Below the pieces are notes generated by a model. The model did no database searches. It was given only the letters and a program-made list of their open reading frames with translations, and was not told the DNA's origin. A program made the translations under genes and the position numbers. Shown piece by piece: positions 36,932-43,761 of a stretch of 43,761 bases of DNA; position 1 is the first letter of the stretch, and each line of letters starts with the position of its first letter. The DNA is taken from the NCBI RefSeq assembly GCF_001194135.2, contig NC_068985.1, positions 26,453,059 through 26,496,819 on the forward strand, read 5' to 3'. This stretch comes from Octopus bimaculoides. Taxonomy: Eukaryota.

Positions 36932-37302
36932 TGACTGTGTGGCACTTTGGACAAATGTCTTCTGCTATAGTACCAGACCAACCGAAGCCTTGTGAGTAGG
37001 TATCATAGATGGAAACTGAAAGAAGCCTTTCATATGCAGACGTTAAGCGATGATGATGATAATGTATATGCCTGTGTGTATGTAACTTTGTACCTGTGTT
37101 TGTCTGCCACCACCACTTGACAACTGGTGTTGATGTGTTTATGTCCCCATAACTTAGCGATTCAGCAAAAAAGACTGATAGAATAAGTACTAGGCTTTAA
37201 AAATAAAGTAAGTCCTAGGGTCGATTCATTTGACTTAAAATCTTTCAAGGTGGTGCTCCAACATGGCTGCAGTCAAATGACTGAAACAAGTAAAGAATAG
37301 AA
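36932..37302 (+). mobile_element. Older SINE A-related copy, head-truncated
   Basis: gtggcactttggacaaatgtcttctgctatag...gatagaataagtactaggc...gcagtcaaatgactgaaacaagtaaa. Confidence 0.8.
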
Positions 37303-38792
37303 TATATATATATATANNNNNNNNNNNNNNNNNNNNNNNNNNNNNNNNNNNNNNNNNNNNNNNNNNNNNNNNNNNNNNNNNNNNNNNNNNNNNNNNNNNN
37401 NNNNNNNNNNNNNNNNNNNNNNNNNNNNNNNNNNNNNNNNNNNNNNNNNNNNNNNNNNNNNNNNNNNNNNNNNNNNNNNNNNNNNNNNNNNNNNNNNNNN
37501 NNNNNNNNNNNNNNNNNNNNNNNNNNNNNNNNNNNNNNNNNNNNNNNNNNNNNNNNNNNNNNNNNNNNNNNNNNNNNNNNNNNNNNNNNNNNNNNNNNNN
37601 NNNNNNNNNNNNNNNNNNNNNNNNNNNNNNNNNNNNNNNNNNNNNNNNNNNNNNTGCAGACTTTTCAGTAGTCGTTAACAGAATATGCTTCAACACATGA
37701 ACTCACATAAAGAATCTTGCAAACCAAATCCCAAAACGAAATATAAATATATTGTTTTTTTTTTTTAGAAAAACATAAATCTGGAGAAAAAGCACACTCT
37801 GAGAAGTAGAGCAGTCTATATTTATTACTGGTGAAACCCAGGGTAACCCAATAAACTGGCCTTCACCAGTAATAAATAAATAAATATTTATATATATATA
37901 TATGAAGGACAATGACTGAGGTTAAAATGCTGGACTATTGAATGCATGATCATGAATCTAAGCCTTGCTTCAACCATTGTATTGTGTCCCTAGACAGTAG
38001 ACATAACTTTGCTGGTTTCTTGGTCTGATTAGCTAAAAATTTTCCACCCAAACTTCACAGATGTGTGCTTATTGTCAGAAAGAGTATCAAATTGTAAAAT
38101 TTATTTCTTTGACACTGTGCTTTCATTTGCCCTTTTGTTTTATATCTGCTTCTATATTTCTTGTATGGGTTGGGTGAATATGGTATTTTTAGGTATTGTT
38201 TTACAACTAGATACCTCTCCCAATAGTATCTCTTATCTGCTTTTCAAGTATGGCATCTTGTATTCCACGTAGTTTGAAGTGACCAGATAATTTGTTGACC
38301 GGAGAACTGATAACTATAACACTGCCTACCATAACTTTCTTACAAGCAATCACAGATGTGAACAAATGCAGAGACATGCACACAATCACATACATATATA
38401 CAATAATACATTTATATAGATACACACATATACATATACAATGGTTTTCTTTCAATTTCAATTTACCAAATCTACTCAAAGGTTTTGTTCAGCTGGGGTG
38501 GGGAGGGCTATAGCAGAAGGTACTTGTCCAAAGTGCAGTATGGCGGGACTGAACCCAAAACGATGTGGTTGGGAAGCAAACTTTTCAGTCATGCAACCAT
38601 GCCTGCAAACATCTAAATTTGTGAAAACATTTCCATTCACACTAGATTAAAACAAACAAGAAAAAAAGGATGTAACCAAGAAAAAGAAATAGGGTAGTAG
38701 TACCACCACCACCACCACTACTACTACTTGGTGCTGTTGATATTTTATTGTTATCTTTATTTCTATAATATTTTTTTCTGTTGTTTTTCTAG

Positions 38793-38945
38793 ATGGATAA
38801 TGTAAAAGAAGCTGTAGCTGCAGCATACACCTACCTCATGGCTGATGCTAAACAAGATACAACAGTGCAGAATCTTATGTTTTACCAACAATTTCCTGAA
38901 GTTGATACATCAGACTTTATTGATCTTGAACGGCGACCTTACCAG
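38793..38945 (+). CDS. Internal coding exon of a leprecan-family gene (prolyl 3-hydroxylase P3H1/2/3, CRTAP or SC65/P3H4-like), N-terminal TPR-like region
   Basis: Translates to MDNVKEAVAAAYTYLMADAKQDTTVQNLMFYQQFPEVDTSDFIDLERRPYQ (51 codons). This matches the family pattern recalled from human CRTAP ([50 protein letters not shown]) and P3H1 (INKLEKAVAAAHTF...QNLDYYQ...DFKDLETQPHM). It has a polypyrimidine acceptor ttttctgttgtttttctag (AG 38791-38792) and a donor CAG|gtatgt at 38946, phase 0/0. The paralog cannot be assigned from one exon. Confidence 0.88.
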
Positions 38946-39829
38946 GTATGTAAATCAACTCTGTCAAATCTGTTTGATAAATTCATTGAAGATCTTTTGA
39001 AACTTGGGTGAGACAAATAAATTGATTTGAAATTTTCTTTGATATTTTTTTCTTTTTTATGGATAATGTTTTTAGAGTAAAATTATCCAACATGAAAACT
39101 CTTAATACATATTTATAAAGTTTACTTTTATATGGGTGATTTCTTTATATATTTTTAGCAGTATCACTGATTAATATGCCATTAATCAACTAATGTATTA
39201 ACTGCAGTTTGTTTTCGTAGTTTCTCTCATTAGTTTGCTACAATAAAATGTGGTTATTTTTTTTCTCATCTAAGTGAATCAAAGGAAATCTTTATGCTGT
39301 GGAGTGACTTCCATAATTTTTCTGGATTGTTTATTGTCAGTCCAGCACTATTTAAACAGAATTTCATAAAGTCTTTTTTTTTTCTTCATTGAGCTATCCT
39401 ATGATTGCAACCAAGTTGGGACTCATAAAGATCCCAACAAGACTAACAATCAGTTTTCCTCTTTAACTTGGAAATTTGATTCAAGGATTCTCTCATCAAC
39501 ATAATGAATGTACTGAATATATTTATTCATATCATGTAAAGAGCAATCTCAACTCACTTTATTATTAATTCTTGAATTTAAAAAGGTTTGTTTCTCAGAG
39601 TTGGTGTCAAGGATACATTAATCAAAATAATATAAAATATTAAATTAGTTGCAAGTTAAGTTGTCAAATACAATATTTTAAGGAATACTTTTGTAGATAG
39701 AATATCTGCTTTCTGATAAATTAATACAAGCTGCATGAGTCTGACTATGAATAATTGAATTTGGACTTAAAATGACATACAGAAACCAAATAATGTGAGA
39801 ATATTATTCCTTTTTATTGGTTTGCTTTT

Positions 39830-40440
39830 GAGGAAGGAGATTGCTGGAGATTGATGCCTTTAATATTGTGCTTGAACTGTTGTAAATAGACAGCTGCAGG
39901 AAAACACATACTGGGTGGATGGGGCGAGGAGAATACCTGAGGGTCCACTTTCTGGGAAGAAAGTTCTGGCTTTGATAGCTAGTTTGTGGTTTGGGGATGG
40001 CATGGGGATATACACAGTGTGTATAACAAGACAAGGAGAAACAAATGAATTAAGAATGTCTGAATTTCAGTGGCATGTGGTCAACCAGATTCATGAAGTA
40101 TAGGCCAACGTAGTTGTGGTAGTAAAAGCAGAAAAAGGAAACAGCATGTCTGTGCACCAACGGCTGATGTGTATTTGTGAACGACTTCATGTCAATCAGT
40201 CAAGTGGTTTATCTTTTGATATGGCCCAGAGTGCCTATGTGTATAGCTGCACCACCAAGCAAAATGTAGGAGCAGTACTCTATTGTAGGTCTTACCTGCA
40301 CTTTGTAGAGGATTAGTAGTTTGTTGGGTGTGAAGTGGACTGCTTTTCGGCTGAGATGCAATCTTTATTATGCCGAGAATATGTGTTGCTTGGAGAAGAT
40401 TCACTGATAGTGAGTTCTAGCATTGAATTGATAGTGAGAG
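39830..40440 (-). mobile_element. CR1/L2-group LINE 3' ORF2 fragment
   Basis: Minus frame FTPNKLLILYKVQVRPTIEYCSYILLGG...HQPLVHRHAVSFFCFYYHNYVG matches the LxxLYKxQIRPxLEYCS..W.G ... L.HRR.V...FY C-terminal signature. Confidence 0.75.
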
Positions 40441-40905
40441 TTGCTTGCTTTTTATGTTTAAGTGGTGGGTATGTTTAATAATATATTTACTTTGTGTAAC
40501 TAAAACCGTTTGATGGGAAGCTGGGCAGTATAATGTACTGATGTTAGAGCCATAAGCTTTTAATGTACCATGAAATTAAACATAAGTAATTTTTTTCTCT
40601 TTGTAAATTATCTTGCTGAAAAGTTGAGTGCAATCCTTTTTTAATACATAATAACTAGATTCCAGGAAAAAATTTTATATTTCCTTACTTTTATTTATTT
40701 AATTTCAATAATAGTTTGAAAATGATAGTTAAAGTAAATAAATAATTCATTTGTATTTTTCATTGTGATTTTTTTACATTGTTATATAATTGTTGTATTT
40801 ACTTAGATATAAGATGGTTCCTATTTATCTTGTGAAGCAAGAAAACCTTTATAAGGAACTGAATTAAGAAGATACCTCCTCTCTGAAGAATAATTTATAA
40901 ATATA

Positions 40906-41345
40906 CAAGATGGTATCAAAAAGTTCCAGGATTAGTTATATTTAATAAAAAAAAATAACTCATTCGCCTAAGTTTTAACGTCATCTCCTTCAAAATAGTC
41001 ACCTTGCAAAGCAATAAACTGGTCCCAGTGTTCCTGCCATTTTTGGAATCTGGCCTGGAAGTTGTTTTCTGTGAGTTGAGGACGTTCTGCAATTCTATCT
41101 GGATCTTGACAATGGTGTTAAAATGGCAACCTTTGAGCTGTATTTCCATCTTGGGGAAGAGATGGAAGTCTGCAGGTGCTAAATCTGGTAAATAGGGCTG
41201 GTGCAGAAGCAATACCATGTTGTTTTTGGCAAGAAACTCACAAACGAGGAGAGCTTGGTGACAGGGTGCATTGTTGTGGTGAAGAATCCAATTCTTCCAC
41301 AGATCCAGTTGCTTTCACTGAATGTCCTGGCAGTTCAGTGATATA
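40906..41345 (-). mobile_element. Mariner transposon remnant: transposase C-terminus and one TIR
   Basis: WILHHNNAPCHQALLVCEFLAKNNMVLLLHQPYLPDLAPADFHLFPK...LKG, then after a frameshift FQKWQEHWDQFIALQGDYFEGD. TA (40904-40905) is followed by TIR-like caagatggtatcaaaaagttcc. Confidence 0.88.
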
Positions 41346-41495
41346 AACATGAGTGCTTTTATGCACCACAAGTCCATATCAGAGGTACTCTCTTGGTAGA
41401 TAATGCATTATTCTGAGTTTTAGCACAACTTCCATGTAAAGTGGGTGATATATACTACATTTTGATATTAACACTGCTTCTATCACTATTAATGA

Positions 41496-41559
<64 letters not shown>

Positions 41560-41560
<1 letters not shown>

Positions 41561-41870
41561 TAAACTGGCACTCTGTTGGTTACAATGATGAGCGTTCCAG
41601 TTGATCTGATCAATGAAACAGCCTGCTCTTGAAATTAATGTGCAAGTTGCTGAGCACTCCACAGACATGTCTAACCTTAATGTAGTTCTCAGGAAGATTC
41701 AGCATGACACACAATGTGACAAGGCTGGTCCCTTTGAATTACAGGTACAACACATTTTTGCCAGCTGAGTGAACTGGTGCAACTCGAAATAAAGTGTCTT
41801 GTTCAAGGATAAAATGCATCACTTACAATCACGAGCTGTTTACCCAAACCACTAAGCCACACACCTTCAT
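41560..41870 (-). mobile_element. tRNA-derived SINE (family B-related, different central domain)
   Basis: 3' body is homologous to 13880-14065. Central ccagctgagtgaactgg...aaataaagtgtcttg.tcaagga domain; (CA)n(TA)n tail at ~41488-41540. Degenerate heads of this type also occur at ~24420-24540 and ~37905-38000. Confidence 0.8.
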
Positions 41871-42762
41871 ATATGGATGTGTGTATGTAGATACACATTT
41901 ATGATATATTTCTTTTAAAACTTTTTGTTGTTGTACATTCTCAACTGATAAATTCTAGAATCTCTCTGCAGTCAAGGAAACTAAAGCATAAACTTAAGTG
42001 CATTTAAGGTATAACCATCTTATTCCCTTTCTTTAACCCTATTGATACCAACCTGCCTGTAACTGCCTCTGGCTTTGTAGTACAAATGTCTTGTTTTCAT
42101 AAGTTTTGAATTAAAATCTTCCACCAAACCTTAGTCACAATTTATGTTCCCAATACTAGCTTAATGATAACTAAGTTATTTGACTAAATTCTTTGTTATA
42201 TTTAAAATTAATTGAAAGAAACACAGAGCATCATCTCAAAATAAATACTGTAATGAAAGGGTTAAGATGGTAGGGTGTGGTTTGAGAGAGATCGAGCTGC
42301 TATTTTAAGCAGGTCAAGTGATAAAGAGCCGATATTTCCCTCTATGAAACATTTTGAACACAGTATAACTTTGCTATGAAACACTCTCCTCTATATTTTG
42401 TGAAACTGCATTCCATCTTCAGTTTGTTATGTCAAATATAGTCTAACTTGTAATCTGATTAAAATTTGATTATGTGTTTTGGGTATTCAGACCTCTCTAC
42501 AATTCTTACCGTCTGTGCAGTTAATTAAGGTTAATTCAGTCATTGCATCTGGACTCACAGTTTAGATCTCCAAGCAAAAACGATTTAGTTTGAGATGTTT
42601 GCTGCCCAATGTTTGGTTAACAGTGTCACAAGATAGTCAAACTTTCAAACTTATGAGACATACTCATATCAGATTTAGTTAGGACGTTGATAAATAAAAA
42701 AAAAAAAAAACTTCTAGAAATTTTAAACTAAAATTATCTAAAGATACTACTAATTAAGAAAT

Positions 42763-42764
<2 letters not shown>

Positions 42765-42794
<30 letters not shown>

Positions 42795-42930
42795 ACAAAA
42801 TAGCAGCTAGATCTCTCTTGCTCTCTCTCTCTCATGCACACACACACATATATATCACTCTATCACTCTCTCTCCCTCTATCAATCTCTCTCCCTCTATC
42901 ACTCTCCCTCTATCACCCTCCCTCTCTCAC
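42765..42930. repeat. (CA)n plus pyrimidine-rich (CTCTCCCTCTATCA)-type low-complexity repeat
   Basis: Directly visible; abuts a gap. Confidence 0.85.
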
Positions 42931-43624
42931 NNNNNNNNNNNNNNNNNNNNNNNNNNNNNNNNNNNNNNNNNNNNNNNNNNNNNNNNNNNNNCCCCCCCCC
43001 TGTAAGAAACTAAAGCATAACATGTGAACAAATGACCAAACAGAACAATATAGAGTTAAACATGAGGTATCACAGACACACCCTTTGCAAAATTTAAATA
43101 TTTCATTTTTTTTCTTTTCCTTTTCATTCATTCATTGCTATTTTTGTTTAATTTTGTTGCTCAAAATATTGCTAACTAATGAAAATTCTGGGCACCATCT
43201 GCTGTTCTCTGGGTCTTTTAATAGTAGAATGATAGTATGCACTTTCCTGAGTGTATTCTACCATTGTTAAATATATTTTTTACAGTCTTATCACTGTTAT
43301 TGTTAGTAATAGCTGTCATAGTTTGTTCTGGTTAACTACAATTGTCAGCATAAAAAAATTTTGTTGACTTTCAAATTATTCACTATTTCATTTGTAAAAA
43401 CAATGTTTTCTATTTAATTTGTTTGGCTGCTTCTTTAGACTGTAACCTATATTCTTCAGGATATAAGACATCAGTTGTCAATTATATATATATATTTTTT
43501 TTCTGTATTTATTTCTCTTTCAAATATAAGGAAATTACAGTAAAAATGAAAACGAAAAAGTAAGTGTAGAAAGTCACTGTTTTCATCAAAAATTTTTTTT
43601 TTTAAATCCTCAAAAATTAAGTAT

Positions 43625-43761
43625 CGTTGCCAGTGCCCCTGGACTGGCTCTTGTGCGGGTGGCACATAAAAGACACCATTTCGAGCGTGGCCGTTTTCGT
43701 GCAGGTGACACGTAAAAGCACCCACTACACTCTCTGAGTGGTTGGCGTTAGGAAGGGCATC
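43625..43761 (+). mobile_element. RTE 3' UTR-type element, truncated by window end
   Basis: cgttgccagtgcc..ggactggctc...ggtggcacataaaa...cacgtaaaagcacccactacactctctgagtggttggcgttaggaagggcatc, homologous to 4347-4510. Confidence 0.8.

Noticed and set aside
38946-39011. ORF-track extension VCKSTLSNLFDKFIEDLLKLG and use of the ATG at 38793 as a start codon
   Set aside because: Family similarity ends at a consensus donor (38946), and the ATG directly follows a strong acceptor. This is an internal exon with intronic read-through.

Overview
AT-rich, repeat-dense eukaryotic genomic DNA with six N-gaps, mostly next to microsatellites. The SINE, MITE and RTE repeat repertoire points to an octopus (coleoid cephalopod) short-read assembly; this is inferred from repeat families, not a database search. 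Only one convincing host coding exon is present: 38793-38945 (+), 153 nt, phase 0/0. It encodes the TPR-like N-terminal segment of a leprecan-family protein (prolyl 3-hydroxylase P3H1-3 / CRTAP / SC65). No upstream or downstream exon was recognised, so most of the window is probably very long intron. The rest is layered transposon debris: a decayed Penelope-like element, RTE and CR1/L2 LINE fragments, a rearranged Copia-type pol, a mariner transposase remnant, three MITE types and several tRNA-derived SINE families. The most notable observations are two hammerhead-ribozyme-like motifs in a dispersed repeat, a ~600-bp fold-back inside the Copia relic, inverted young SINE pairs (candidate ADAR substrates), a PHD-like finger in the RTE ORF2 and a pre-miRNA-shaped hairpin. 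Repeat boundaries are approximate unless TSDs or TIRs are quoted.
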